A stretch of 52,298 nt of DNA from a virus (taxonomy: Duplodnaviria; Heunggongvirae; Uroviricota; Caudoviricetes), in the IMG/VR virus record IMGVR_UViG_2721755498_000006, positions 1 through 52,298 of that record; one strand, written 5' to 3'. Positions 41,533-50,854 of the stretch are shown here, one piece after another. The position numbers were made by a program, and so were the translations under genes. Within the stretch, counting starts at the first letter, position 1. The number at the start of each line of letters is the position of its first letter. The notes under the pieces were generated by a model, which saw only the letters and a list, made by a program, of their open reading frames with translations, did no database searches and was not told the DNA's origin.

Positions 41533-41560
41533 CCCGGCCTCAGCGCCGGGTTTTCTTTTC
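41533..41560 (+). terminator. intrinsic terminator ending the cI-immunity transcript (tIMM-like)
   Basis: CCCGGC-loop-GCCGGG then TTTTCTTTTC. Confidence 0.75.
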
Positions 41561-41687
41561 CTGCCGTTCACCACCCAATCACCCATCATCATCATAGACA
41601 AGCATCAAGCCAAAGGTAACACCTTCACCCCGCACGCAAGCCCTCAAACACCAATCAATCAGCAACATTTACAAAAATAAAATACCT

Positions 41688-41766
41688 TTGTTATCCATCA
41701 CTTATAACTTATTTACCACAAAATATAAATTAGGTTATTGACCACACCTATAACCTAAGTTATCTT
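41688..41766 (+). promoter_or_regulatory. OL/pL: operator ATAACCTAAGTTAT (41750-41763) plus degenerate site; candidate -35 TTGACC (41738-41743) and -10 TATCTT (41761-41766)
   Basis: same operator family as OR; 17-bp spacing. Confidence 0.55.
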
Positions 41767-41811
41767 TAAGCCATCAGCAGGAAGCTGGAAGCCAAACGGA
41801 ACAGATTGGCA

Positions 41812-41853
41812 GGCTCTTTAACATTGATGGGATTGTCCCGCCGAAATGCGGGA
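41812..41853 (+). promoter_or_regulatory. nutL: boxA-like GCTCTTTAA and boxB hairpin UCCCGCCGAAAUGCGGGA
   Basis: boxB identical to the nutR hairpin; in the N leader. Confidence 0.6.
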
Positions 41854-42047
41854 ACCAAAGAGTAGTTGGCTTTGGGATTGGATGAATGAGCAGGCTGATG
41901 CTCGACCAATGTATAAACAGCGCTCATGGCAAGCAGTAACCAATCTGCGCCTCAAGACAGCGTCACTGGTAGTGCGGGCGCTCTAACCAGTAAGCCGGAG
42001 TTCAGCACCGGCCATCCAATCGCCAAAGTCAATCATCGGAGGTCAAC

Positions 42048-42320
42048 ATGACAGTAGTCATTACATATCTGGCTGACGATAACGCCAGAAATCGCCGCAG
42101 AGCACGCAGACAGGCTCAACGTGAACAGGCAATGCAAGAGCAGCGACTGGCACGAAAAATTGCGCTAAAGCTATCTGGTTGCGTCAGAGCAGATAAAGCA
42201 GCATCACTCGGAAGCCTTCGCTGCAAGAAGGCAGATGAATGCAGTGGAAGTATTTGTCTTCCAAACGTAGCCATTTACGCGGCAGGCTACCGGAAATCAA
42301 AACAACTGACAGCGAGGTAA
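42048..42320 (+). CDS. N-type antiterminator (P22 gp24-like)
   Basis: Arg-rich motif NARNRRRARRQAQREQ; C-terminus LPNVAIYAAGYRKSKQLTAR like P22 gp24 as recalled. Confidence 0.85.
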   Translation: MTVVITYLADDNARNRRRARRQAQREQAMQEQRLARKIALKLSGCVRADKAASLGSLRCKKADECSGSICLPNVAIYAAGYRKSKQLTAR

Positions 42321-42323
42321 GTG

Positions 42324-42548
42324 ATGAATCAGACATACATTCCATCATGCTTGAGAAATCTGCCAAAGCAGAAAGCAAAGCCCCGCAAGCAAGCCATAAA
42401 GGACGCTAAGGCAGAGGTTATTGATCAAGCAATACAATTGCTCAGGGAGGAGTTAAGAAGTGGCAAGCTCGAAGGAATGATGATGCCCTATCAGCGCGGA
42501 TATCTATCGGCGATTAGTAAGTTGGAAGTATTGAAGAGTGAATTATGA
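42324..42548 (+). CDS. hypothetical pL-operon protein
   Basis: ORF. Confidence 0.4.
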   Translation: MNQTYIPSCLRNLPKQKAKPRKQAIKDAKAEVIDQAIQLLREELRSGKLEGMMMPYQRGYLSAISKLEVLKSEL

Positions 42549-42612
42549 ACTATCTGGAATTTCCGGATGGTTCATTGTTTTGGCAGCAAACCACTTATTT
42601 GAGAGCTGATAC

Positions 42613-42855
42613 ATGAGAGTAAAAACTATTGGCGCAAGCCCATTAAGCGGTCGTATTTTTCAAGGAACATTAAACACTGAAAAAGGAATGTGGGTAGGAA
42701 AGAGAGAAGATGTCACCGATCAGGCAGTTAGGGCAGTAGCCGAACACATGATGATAAAAGACCAGAAATATGCATACGAAACGAAGGATGGCAAATGGCT
42801 GATAATAAGTCATCAACTGGTTGATAAATTACCAGAAGAGTTTGTTGATGGTTAA
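42613..42855 (+). CDS. hypothetical pL-operon protein
   Basis: ORF. Confidence 0.4.
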   Translation: MRVKTIGASPLSGRIFQGTLNTEKGMWVGKREDVTDQAVRAVAEHMMIKDQKYAYETKDGKWLIISHQLVDKLPEEFVDG

Positions 42856-42880
42856 ATTTGCTTTGGCATAAACAACAGAG

Positions 42881-43165
42881 GTGGATATGAAAGAGTTTAA
42901 GGGTACGCCTGGTAAATGGAAGTACACGGTTAGAAACGTCAACGAGATGATGACTACGTTCCATGGTGTGACGATTGGTGACACATACATTGAAGCAGCA
43001 ACAAGAAATGAAAGGGATGATGCGCTACTGATAGCAGCAGCTCCTGATTTGCTTGAAGCACTGCAAGAGCTTGTCTTCCTTTACGAGCATGACGAAGGGT
43101 GCAGAGAGTTAACCGAATACAAACGAGCCAAGGCAGCAATCAGCAAGGCTCTGGGAGGTGAATGA
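42881..43165 (+). CDS. hypothetical pL-operon protein
   Basis: ORF. Confidence 0.4.
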   Translation: MDMKEFKGTPGKWKYTVRNVNEMMTTFHGVTIGDTYIEAATRNERDDALLIAAAPDLLEALQELVFLYEHDEGCRELTEYKRAKAAISKALGGE

Positions 43166-43365
43166 TGTGCGAGTTTTATGAAGAAGATATCAAACGCCCA
43201 GAAATGGCAAGTGATGCGACATTACGTGATTACTTCGCGGCAAAGGCTATGCAAGCAATGATTAGCAATCCATCGATTATCGATAATGATTCTGATGGAG
43301 CTGTTAATTATGCAGCAAGCGCTGCATATAAGTTTGCAGACGCAATGCTCAAAGCTCGCGAATAA
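43162..43365 (+). CDS. hypothetical pL-operon protein
   Basis: ORF overlapping upstream stop. Confidence 0.4.
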   Translation: MMCEFYEEDIKRPEMASDATLRDYFAAKAMQAMISNPSIIDNDSDGAVNYAASAAYKFADAMLKARE

Positions 43366-43499
43366 GCACTGTGTATTCATTCCAACGAGTGAATACACGG
43401 AGCAATGTCGCTCGTAACTAAACAGGAGCCGACTTGTTCTGATTATTGGAAATCTTCTTTGCCCTCTAATGTGAGGGCAATTTTTTTGATGGAGGATAT

Positions 43500-44468
43500 A
43501 TGAGTGAAGTAACAGATTTAGTTGTTATTGAAAAAGCAAATGCAATGACTGTATTTCAGTCTGCCGACCAGATTGAAGAAATCCTTCAAAAGGTTGAACG
43601 TGAAGTTATGTCCTTTGTGCCTGATATCACAACGGCAAAGGGCAGAAAGGAGATCGCTTCTCTGGCGTATAAAGTTGCGCAGACGAAAACATATCTCGAT
43701 GGTCTTGGCAAAGACCTTGTTGCTGAACTTAAGGAAATTCCAAAGCTAATTGATGCCAACCGCAAGACAGTGCGTGATCGCCTTGATGAACTGAAAGCCA
43801 AGGCGCGCCAGCCTCTTACTGATTATGAGGAGGAGCAGGCGCGGATTAAAGCCGAAGAAGAAGCTAAGGCAGCAGCTGAAGCTCTCGCAAAGCAAATTGA
43901 GTCTGACCATGAAATAGCGATTTTGATGGATCGCGAATTTGACCGCCAAAGAGAAGAGGCAAGACTCAAAGCGGAGCAGGAAAAGCGAGAGCATGAAGAA
44001 CGCTTAAAAAGAGAAGCTGAAGAGAAAGCCAGATCTGAAGCCGAAGCAAAGGCAAAAGCCGAAATTGAAGCAGCAGCAAGGCGAGAAGCAGAAGCTAAGG
44101 CCGCAGCGGAACGTGCAGAGCGTGAACGCATTGAAGCCGAGCAACGAGCACAGCGCGAAGCAAAAGAGGCAGCAGAACGAGCTGAAAGAGAAAAGCAGGC
44201 GGCAATTGAAGCAGAACGCCGAAAAGCACAGGAGGAGGCTGAACGAATCCGGCGCGAAGCTGAAGCAAAAGAGCAAGCCAGAATAGCAGAAGAAAAAAGA
44301 ATCAAGGACGAAGAAGAGCGTAGAGCAAAGGATAAAGCTCACCGGAAAGAAGTAAATAACAAAATACTTGCTGACCTTATCAAGGTTGGTGCATCAGAAG
44401 ATGTTGCTAAAAATATCATAACACCCATCGTAAAAGGCGAAGTATTCGCAACAAAAATAACCTACTAA
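43500..44468 (+). CDS. protein with ~100-aa N-terminal domain and long E/R/K/A-rich charged helical region
   Basis: 322-aa ORF; ~200 residues of EAKAKAEIEAAARREAEAKAAAERAERERIEAEQRAQREAKE... low complexity. Confidence 0.55.
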   Translation: MSEVTDLVVIEKANAMTVFQSADQIEEILQKVEREVMSFVPDITTAKGRKEIASLAYKVAQTKTYLDGLGKDLVAELKEIPKLIDANRKTVRDRLDELKAKARQPLTDYEEEQARIKAEEEAKAAAEALAKQIESDHEIAILMDREFDRQREEARLKAEQEKREHEERLKREAEEKARSEAEAKAKAEIEAAARREAEAKAAAERAERERIEAEQRAQREAKEAAERAEREKQAAIEAERRKAQEEAERIRREAEAKEQARIAEEKRIKDEEERRAKDKAHRKEVNNKILADLIKVGASEDVAKNIITPIVKGEVFATKITY

Positions 44469-44492
44469 TAAAACCAACATAAGGAACCACCC

Positions 44493-44624
44493 ATGATTTA
44501 CGCAATCGCGGGAGGCGCTCGCATGGGTGCCTTCCAACTAAATGAATCTTTACTTGAACGAATCACCCGTAAATTACGTGACGGATGGAAAAGAGTTGAG
44601 GTCTTATTATGCGCAATGAAATAG
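44493..44624 (+). CDS. cIII: CIII-like protein
   Basis: hand-translated 43 aa; ESLLERITRKLRDGWKR matches lambda CIII core. Confidence 0.75.
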   Translation: MIYAIAGGARMGAFQLNESLLERITRKLRDGWKRVEVLLCAMK

Positions 44625-44761
44625 CCATCAATCACCAGATGCTTCGTGCTGCACAAAACAAAGCAGTAATAGCCAGATTTATTGGTGATTCAAAAATGTG
44701 GCTTGAAGCAAATAAAGCGATGAAATCAGCTATCAACCTTCCGTGGTATCGCAGGAAATGA
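44609..44761 (+). CDS. Kil-like small protein
   Basis: hand-translated 50 aa; ARFIGDSKMW resembles lambda Kil ATFIGDEKMF; follows cIII as in lambda. Confidence 0.5.
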   Translation: MRNEIAINHQMLRAAQNKAVIARFIGDSKMWLEANKAMKSAINLPWYRRK

Positions 44762-44916
44762 GTTTTACAGATAACTGGTCAGACGAAGAATTCATTCGTC
44801 AGATGAAAGAATTAATCGGTAACGAAGGAGATATTCATGTCACTTGCAACCACAGTGAAGGAGAGCAAGTTACAGAGACGCATGTACACGCAGAAAGCTC
44901 TCTGGTATCGCCATAA
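44758..44916 (+). CDS. small ORF (52 aa) at the arf position
   Basis: ATGA start/stop overlap with upstream ORF. Confidence 0.35.
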   Translation: MSFTDNWSDEEFIRQMKELIGNEGDIHVTCNHSEGEQVTETHVHAESSLVSP

Positions 44917-45017
44917 TGGCGACCGCGAAGGAATGCGGGTATGCCTTAATTTGTCCCGAGTCGAAGTATTAAATCAGCGTTATTTCCTTGGGCCATGTCC
45001 ATTCTGAGAACAATCAT

Positions 45018-45623
45018 ATGAGCAAAGAATTTTACGCAAGACTGGCAGCCATTCAGGAGAATCTGAACGCGCCAAAAAATCAGTACAACTCATTCGGTAA
45101 ATATAAATACAGAAGCTGCGAAGATATTCTTGAAGGCGTTAAGCCGTTACTGAATGGCCTGTTTTTATCAATCAGCGATGAAGTTGTGTTGATTGGTGAT
45201 CGGTATTACGTGAAAGCCACGGCAACTATTACCGATGGCGAAAACAGTCATACGGCAACCGCTCTCGCAAGAGAGGAAGAAAGCAAGAAAGGAATGGATT
45301 CTGCACAAGTTACTGGAGCTACAAGCTCTTATGCGCGCAAGTATTGCCTTAATGGTTTGTTCGGCATTGATGATGCGAAAGATGCAGATACAGACGAGCA
45401 TAAACATCAGCAGAACGCAGCAGCAAAGCAATCAAAGCCATCACCTACACCTGAACAGGTTCTAAAAGCATTCACTGACGCAGCATTGCAGAAAAACACC
45501 GTGGAAGAGCTTAAACAGGCGTTCGCCAAAGCGTGGAAGATGCTCGAAGGCACACCGGAGCAGCACAAAGCGCAGGACGTTTACAACATCAGACGAGACG
45601 AATTAGAAGGGGCAACTGCTTAA
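45018..45623 (+). CDS. erf: Erf single-strand annealing recombinase
   Basis: MSKEFYARLAAIQENLNAPKNQYNSFGKYKYRSCEDILEGVKPLLNGLFLSISDE... as P22 Erf. Confidence 0.9.
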   Translation: MSKEFYARLAAIQENLNAPKNQYNSFGKYKYRSCEDILEGVKPLLNGLFLSISDEVVLIGDRYYVKATATITDGENSHTATALAREEESKKGMDSAQVTGATSSYARKYCLNGLFGIDDAKDADTDEHKHQQNAAAKQSKPSPTPEQVLKAFTDAALQKNTVEELKQAFAKAWKMLEGTPEQHKAQDVYNIRRDELEGATA

Positions 45624-46006
45624 TGGCACATTCGATTACAGTAAGACTAAACAAGCCCGCAAGAGAGTTTCAGGCCGGGGAAAATATCGGATTCAACATC
45701 CGTGCTGGCGTTCAGTATTACGATCGCCAGACAAAAAAGAAAGAATGGACAAACTACAGCGCCGTTGTATTTGCCAAGCCGGGAGCGCAAGCGGATTACT
45801 ACCGTAGTGTTCTTGTTGAAGGTGGCATTGTGGAAATTACCGGAGAAAACATCAGGGTAGATGTTTATCAGGGGCAAAATGGTCAATCAATCACTCTTGA
45901 ATTACTGAATGCAAAGATTGGATTTGCAACTTCAGGAAACAGCCAACAGCAGCAAAGTAGCAATCATCAAAATCATCCTGAATACGACGATTCAATCCCC
46001 TTCTAG
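45623..46006 (+). CDS. SSB-like single-stranded DNA-binding protein
   Basis: OB-fold-like N-terminus, Gln-rich linker and acidic tail DDSIPF like SSB DDDIPF. Confidence 0.75.
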   Translation: MAHSITVRLNKPAREFQAGENIGFNIRAGVQYYDRQTKKKEWTNYSAVVFAKPGAQADYYRSVLVEGGIVEITGENIRVDVYQGQNGQSITLELLNAKIGFATSGNSQQQQSSNHQNHPEYDDSIPF

Positions 46007-46029
46007 ATTAGCAAAATAAGGATTCCATT

Positions 46030-46323
46030 ATGCCAGCGCCTCTGTATGGTGCGGATGACCCGCGCCGCTGTTCCGGCAATTCCGTATCGGAGGTGCTGGA
46101 TAAATTCAGAAAAAACTACGATCGGATAATGTCGCTACCGCAGGAAACGAAAGAGGAAAAGGAATTTCGCCATTGTATATGGCTTGCAGAGAAAGAAGAA
46201 CGCGAGCGAATTTACCAGACATCAATCCGACCATTCCGCAAAGCCACATATACCCACTTCCCTGAAATTGACCCGCGCCTGCGTAATTACCGCTCACGCT
46301 ATGGCGCTATCAGTAATGACTGA
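46030..46323 (+). CDS. abc2: Abc2-like anti-RecBCD protein
   Basis: 97 aa; recalled similarity to P22 Abc2 and position after erf. Confidence 0.6.
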   Translation: MPAPLYGADDPRRCSGNSVSEVLDKFRKNYDRIMSLPQETKEEKEFRHCIWLAEKEERERIYQTSIRPFRKATYTHFPEIDPRLRNYRSRYGAISND

Positions 46324-46333
46324 GGAATTTACC

Positions 46334-46510
46334 ATGAGAGGACTTGCATACAATCCCGGCATTCTTCCGGCAGAAATGATTATTCGCCAGCGCGTAAAGC
46401 CAATGCCATCGAGAGAGGAATTGCTTAAGAGAAATAGTTTCGGTTCTGTTAACGACAACAGATATCTTGAAATGATTTTGAGGAGTAAGAAGGATTATGT
46501 CAAAAAATGA
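46334..46510 (+). CDS. small hypothetical ORF
   Basis: 58 aa. Confidence 0.3.
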   Translation: MRGLAYNPGILPAEMIIRQRVKPMPSREELLKRNSFGSVNDNRYLEMILRSKKDYVKK

Positions 46511-47075
46511 CATTTCATATGAATACCTCATTAGCAACATTCACTACGATAAAGAAACTGGGGTTTTCAAGAAGATAATTAAATCAAATAATGGGGATAT
46601 AATTGGTTTCAAACCAACTGGCTGTACGCACTCGATGGGATACATAAGGATATATATTAATAAAAAATGGTATTTAGCGCACAGACTAGCTTGGTTATAT
46701 GTTACCGGGAAATGGCCAGTAAATGTAATTGATCACATCAACAGAAATAAAGCTGACAACAGGTTTATTAACCTACGAGATGTCTCCAGTAGGGAAAACA
46801 ATAGCAACACAAGTAGAAATAAAGGAACTGAAATAGGCACAGAAAGGTGTGCTTATGGATGGAGAGCATACATAGGTGTTAATGGAAAACTACATCACCT
46901 TGGCTCATATGCAACATGTGATGGTGCAAAATATGCGTATGCTCTAGCAAAATATCAAGTAGAAATATATGGTTACCTGCGCCCCACACCAATCGATTGC
47001 AGAAAATTAAATTACGGAAACAGGGGGAATCGTAATGGAAATCCTAAATCAAACCGTCGCAAGTTCCTTCAGTGA
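46497..47075 (+). CDS. HNH homing-type endonuclease
   Basis: HNH motif region [32 protein letters not shown]. Confidence 0.8.
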   Translation: MSKNDISYEYLISNIHYDKETGVFKKIIKSNNGDIIGFKPTGCTHSMGYIRIYINKKWYLAHRLAWLYVTGKWPVNVIDHINRNKADNRFINLRDVSSRENNSNTSRNKGTEIGTERCAYGWRAYIGVNGKLHHLGSYATCDGAKYAYALAKYQVEIYGYLRPTPIDCRKLNYGNRGNRNGNPKSNRRKFLQ

Positions 47076-47883
47076 ATCAAAACAAATATCTGAATGCGAT
47101 GTGGCGGAGTGGGAAGAAATGAAACAAATGTCACTAATTGAGATGGATGGATTTCTGAAAGGTAAATGCATCCCATGTGATTTAAAGGTTAACGAAACAA
47201 ATGCTGAATATCTTGTCCGTAAGTTCGGTGAACTTGAATCAAAACTAGAAACGGCGTTGCGTGAGTGTCGTTCTGCTGGAATCACGATTGATAACCTTGA
47301 GGCCAAGTGCGCGGCGCTGGCTGACTTATTTGGCGATGTGAAAGAGATTTTTGGTTTTAAGTATCGCTATTTCATCACCTCAAAGGGGCTCATTTTCTCA
47401 TTGGCCTCTGGCGAACTAAAGCAATTAAACCCAACCATGCGCGGCAAGAACAGAAATCAGTATTTATTCGTTAGGCTGGAGTTTGAAGGAAAACTAAAAG
47501 GCGTGAACATCCACCGATTAGTTGCTGAAAACTTTCTCGGCCCTAAGCCTTCTGATGAGCACGTAATTAACCATATAGACGGGAATAAACAAAACAATGA
47601 TGTTTCAAACCTGGAGTGGACGACGGTAGCGGGCAACACTCAGCACGCATATAGAACAGGTCTGGCCGGGGGAAGAAAACACGGATCGTATAAAGGTCCA
47701 GTCTGCGCTGAGAACGAGGAAGGTTTTGGGTATGTGTTCTTTGACAGCAAACAGGCCATCGAGGCTGGATTTAACCCAAACTCAATCAGGGACGCTGTTG
47801 TTAAGCCATGGAAGAAAGTATTCGGATTCTATTTTAGTCGCATCAATACCGATGCCCAGCTTCGCAAAGGGGGCAACCAGTGA
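47035..47883 (+). CDS. HNH endonuclease (NUMOD4-like N-terminal region)
   Basis: HRLVAENFLGPKPSDEHVINHIDGNKQNNDVSNLEW. Confidence 0.8.
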   Translation: MEILNQTVASSFSESKQISECDVAEWEEMKQMSLIEMDGFLKGKCIPCDLKVNETNAEYLVRKFGELESKLETALRECRSAGITIDNLEAKCAALADLFGDVKEIFGFKYRYFITSKGLIFSLASGELKQLNPTMRGKNRNQYLFVRLEFEGKLKGVNIHRLVAENFLGPKPSDEHVINHIDGNKQNNDVSNLEWTTVAGNTQHAYRTGLAGGRKHGSYKGPVCAENEEGFGYVFFDSKQAIEAGFNPNSIRDAVVKPWKKVFGFYFSRINTDAQLRKGGNQ

Positions 47884-48452
47884 GCAATATTGACTATCAG
47901 GCACTGCGTGAAAAGGCAGAGAAAGCAACGAGTGGTGTGTGGTCGCTCGAATATGGAGAGGAGAGATTTGATGCTGGTGATGCGCTAATTCATCGTGAAG
48001 TTGTTGGATATCTTCCCATTTGCAGAATTGAAGGAGCGCATCCTGAAAGCGGTTTCGATGAAGATTTCCAAATGGAACAGCAGGCCAATGCTGAATTCAT
48101 CGCCGCAGCCAATCCGGCTACCGTCTTGGCGCTGCTGGATGAGCTGGAAACAGCAAAAAAGCGCATAGCAGAACTGAAAGCCGAACCTGTAAGCCAAACT
48201 TACAAGTTGAACCAGCTATCGGGCAACTCTCCGGTAACTCCGGATGGTTGGATAAGCTGTAGTGAGCGAATGCCAGATGATGGTCAGCACGTAATTATTT
48301 TATGTGATGGCGCATTCGTTCTTTATGCGCAATATCGAGACGGTGAGTTTTTTGATGTCGTCCGTGATGGTGATGAATTTTTCGAAACGCAGAGCCGCAA
48401 TGTAACCGACTGGATGCCGCTACCAGAACCGCCTCGATTAAAGGAGCTATAA
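47880..48452 (+). CDS. Ea22/DUF551-like early protein
   Basis: C-terminal DGWISCSERMPDDGQHVII...WMPLPEPP pattern recalled for DUF551. Confidence 0.55.
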   Translation: MSNIDYQALREKAEKATSGVWSLEYGEERFDAGDALIHREVVGYLPICRIEGAHPESGFDEDFQMEQQANAEFIAAANPATVLALLDELETAKKRIAELKAEPVSQTYKLNQLSGNSPVTPDGWISCSERMPDDGQHVIILCDGAFVLYAQYRDGEFFDVVRDGDEFFETQSRNVTDWMPLPEPPRLKEL

Positions 48453-48566
48453 TAGTGAACTATTATATCTATTTGTATTAAAAGAGTTTTTATAAAATAA
48501 ATCTTCCAAAGCATGTAAAAACACTGTTAATCTTAACGTGTGTGAAACGTGAAGAGAGGTGTTGAA

Positions 48567-48848
48567 ATGAGCATTCATGATTTGTGTGAAGATCAAGAGC
48601 AATGGGCTATGCAGACCCTTATGGGATCAGGAGTTCTTGCAAGGTGCAGAATCCATAACGATGTAATTTTAGACAGCGGAAATGATGCTTCTTCTGCTTA
48701 TAAATTAGGAACTTACTTATATCAAAAAGATAATAGCTGCAACTTATTCAATACTCTTACTGAAGCCCGCGACGTAATAAAGGATGCATATGAATCGTAT
48801 TGTGGGATTGATGATTGCCCACAATGCTCAAAATACATTGACGATTAA
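48567..48848 (+). CDS. Cys-rich small protein, AT-rich moron
   Basis: start MSIHDLCEDQ with GAGAGG SD; C...C ... CGIDDCPQC cysteines; AT-rich upstream tract with TATAAAAT. Confidence 0.45.
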   Translation: MSIHDLCEDQEQWAMQTLMGSGVLARCRIHNDVILDSGNDASSAYKLGTYLYQKDNSCNLFNTLTEARDVIKDAYESYCGIDDCPQCSKYIDD

Positions 48849-48936
48849 TAATATGAACAAGTAACTATCCTCGCACTCGCGGGGATTTCTTTTATCTGAA
48901 CTCGCTACGGCGAGTTTTGTTTTATGGAGATGATAA

Positions 48937-49104
48937 ATGCACTTCCGAGTCACAGGTGAATGGAATGGAGAACCATTCAACAGAGTTATCGAAGCAGAGA
49001 ACATCAACGACTGCTATGACCACTGGATGCTGTGGGCGCAGATAGCACATGCAGACGTAACCAATATTCGAATTGAAGAACTGAAAGAACACCAAGCCGC
49101 CTGA
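48937..49104 (+). CDS. small ORF (55 aa)
   Basis: hand-translated MHFRVTGEWNGEPFNRVIEAENINDCYDHWMLWAQIAHADVTNIRIEELKEHQAA; followed by terminator. Confidence 0.35.
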   Translation: MHFRVTGEWNGEPFNRVIEAENINDCYDHWMLWAQIAHADVTNIRIEELKEHQAA

Positions 49105-49115
49105 TGGCGGTTTTT
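49094..49115 (+). terminator. intrinsic terminator (GCCGCC-UGAU-GGCGG + U7)
   Basis: hairpin overlapping stop codon followed by TTTTTTATTT. Confidence 0.7.
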
Positions 49116-49130
49116 TATTTGGGGTAGTAG

Positions 49131-49346
49131 ATGGCTGCAATCCACATTGTATCAATAATATGCAATGCAATTCAGATAGTTGCTTGTATTATCTTTGTTT
49201 TCTCAATCCTTCGCTCCCGACGATATTCTCCAGCAATTAACCGACATCCTGCACAAGTTGAAGCCGTCAGGATGGCTATAGAGTTACGAAATGAGATGAA
49301 TAAGGCATTAATGGAGATGGAGAAACCATTCACTGACAAACATTAA
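49131..49346 (+). CDS. small membrane protein
   Basis: 71 aa, hydrophobic N-terminus. Confidence 0.4.
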   Translation: MAAIHIVSIICNAIQIVACIIFVFSILRSRRYSPAINRHPAQVEAVRMAIELRNEMNKALMEMEKPFTDKH

Positions 49347-49455
49347 GAGTGGAAATAAAGAAATCACACCGCCTCACACTCGATGAGGCCTGTTCATTGC
49401 TCAATGATATCCAGACCTACCGCAATAATACCAACTCAATAAATGGAGATTCCAA

Positions 49456-49803
49456 GTGGAAGAAGAAATCTTCACTCGTGAAGAGGCAGCATCGTATCTG
49501 AAGGTAGACAAAGGCACTATCACGCAGTGGATACGAAGTGGACGACTTCAGGCCGCAAAGATAAATCCAGATAAACCTAAAAGCCCATATCGTATTTGCA
49601 AGTCAGACTGCATTGCGGCGCTTAAGTCTGTGAGACACAATAGCGCGGTGAATGCGGTTGATGTGCAGGAGGTTAAAGCATGTCAATCAAACTACGCGGT
49701 GGCACGTGGCACTGCGATTTCGTCGCGCCAGATGGATCAAGAGTTAGACGCTCTCTTGAAACATCGGACAAAAGGCAAGCGCAAGAACTTCACGATCGTC
49801 TGA
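49456..49803 (+). CDS. xis: excisionase (P22 Xis-like, HTH)
   Basis: 115 aa; MEEEIFTREEAASYLKVDKGTITQWIRSGRL HTH; overlaps int start by ~124 nt. Confidence 0.7.
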   Translation: MEEEIFTREEAASYLKVDKGTITQWIRSGRLQAAKINPDKPKSPYRICKSDCIAALKSVRHNSAVNAVDVQEVKACQSNYAVARGTAISSRQMDQELDALLKHRTKGKRKNFTIV

Positions 49804-50840
49804 AAGCAGAAGCGTGGAGAGTAAAAAATCTCGGGGAATCACCGAAAAAGCTATTCAAGGAAGCCTGCATACGGTGGCTTCGTGAGAAATCGGATAAGAA
49901 GTCCATTGATGATGACAAGAGCATTATATCGTTCTGGATGTTGCACTTCAGAGAAACCATTCTCTCAGACATAACAACAGAAAAAATAATGGAGGCGGTA
50001 GACGGGATGGAAAACCGCCGCCATCGCCTGAACTGGGAAATGAGCCGGGACAGGTGTTTGCGGCTTGGCAAGCCAGTGCCGGAGTATAAACCAAAGCTGG
50101 CAAGCAAAGGAACGAAGACGCGGCATCTGGCAATACTTCGCGCTATTCTCAATATGGCTGTTGAATGGGGATGGCTTGACAGGGCGCCCAAAATATCAAC
50201 ACCACGCGTTAAGAATGGACGAATCAGATGGCTTACAGAGGAGGAATCGAAGCGCCTGTTTGCAGAAATTGCTCCTCATTTCTTCCCTGTGGTCATGTTT
50301 GCAATCACGACAGGCCTTCGCCGTTCCAACGTTACAGACCTTGAGTGGTCACAGGTCGATCTGGATAAGAAAATGGCATGGATGCACCCTGATGAAACAA
50401 AAGCTGGCAATGCGATCGGAGTTCCTCTTAACGAAACCGCATGCCAGATATTAAGAAAACAGCAGGGGCTCCATAAGAGATGGGTATTTGTCCACACCAA
50501 ACCTGCCTACCGAAGCGACGGAACAAAAACAGCAGCGGTAAGGAAGATGAGAACCGACAGCAACAAGGCATGGAAGGGAGCGTTAAAGCGGGCAGGCATT
50601 AGCAACTTCCGCTTCCATGACCTGAGGCATACCTGGGCAAGCTGGCTGGTTCAGTCCGGTGTCTCTCTTCTTGCGCTTAAAGAGATGGGAGGATGGGAAA
50701 CTCTCGAAATGGTTCAAAGATACGCCCACCTTTCAGCCGGGCATCTCACCGAGCACGCGAGCAAAATCGATGCGATTATAAGTCGCAATGGCACAAATAC
50801 GGCACAAGAGGAGAACGTAGTTTACTTAAATGCGAGGTAA
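49680..50840 (+). CDS. int: tyrosine integrase (P22 Int-like), thrW-specific
   Basis: 386 aa; N-terminus like P22 Int; R..HxxR..Y (RRSNV, HDLRHTWAS, QRYAH); stop 14 nt from tRNA 3' end. Confidence 0.95.
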   Translation: MSIKLRGGTWHCDFVAPDGSRVRRSLETSDKRQAQELHDRLKAEAWRVKNLGESPKKLFKEACIRWLREKSDKKSIDDDKSIISFWMLHFRETILSDITTEKIMEAVDGMENRRHRLNWEMSRDRCLRLGKPVPEYKPKLASKGTKTRHLAILRAILNMAVEWGWLDRAPKISTPRVKNGRIRWLTEEESKRLFAEIAPHFFPVVMFAITTGLRRSNVTDLEWSQVDLDKKMAWMHPDETKAGNAIGVPLNETACQILRKQQGLHKRWVFVHTKPAYRSDGTKTAAVRKMRTDSNKAWKGALKRAGISNFRFHDLRHTWASWLVQSGVSLLALKEMGGWETLEMVQRYAHLSAGHLTEHASKIDAIISRNGTNTAQEENVVYLNAR

Positions 50841-50854
50841 CTTATTGATTTAAA

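Noticed and set aside
43746-44342. Minus-strand ORFs rich in Ser/Ala/Cys/Phe (43746..43994, 43823..44305, 44004..44342)
   Set aside because: Antisense to the low-complexity charged-helix gene inside a plus-strand operon; low-complexity artefacts.
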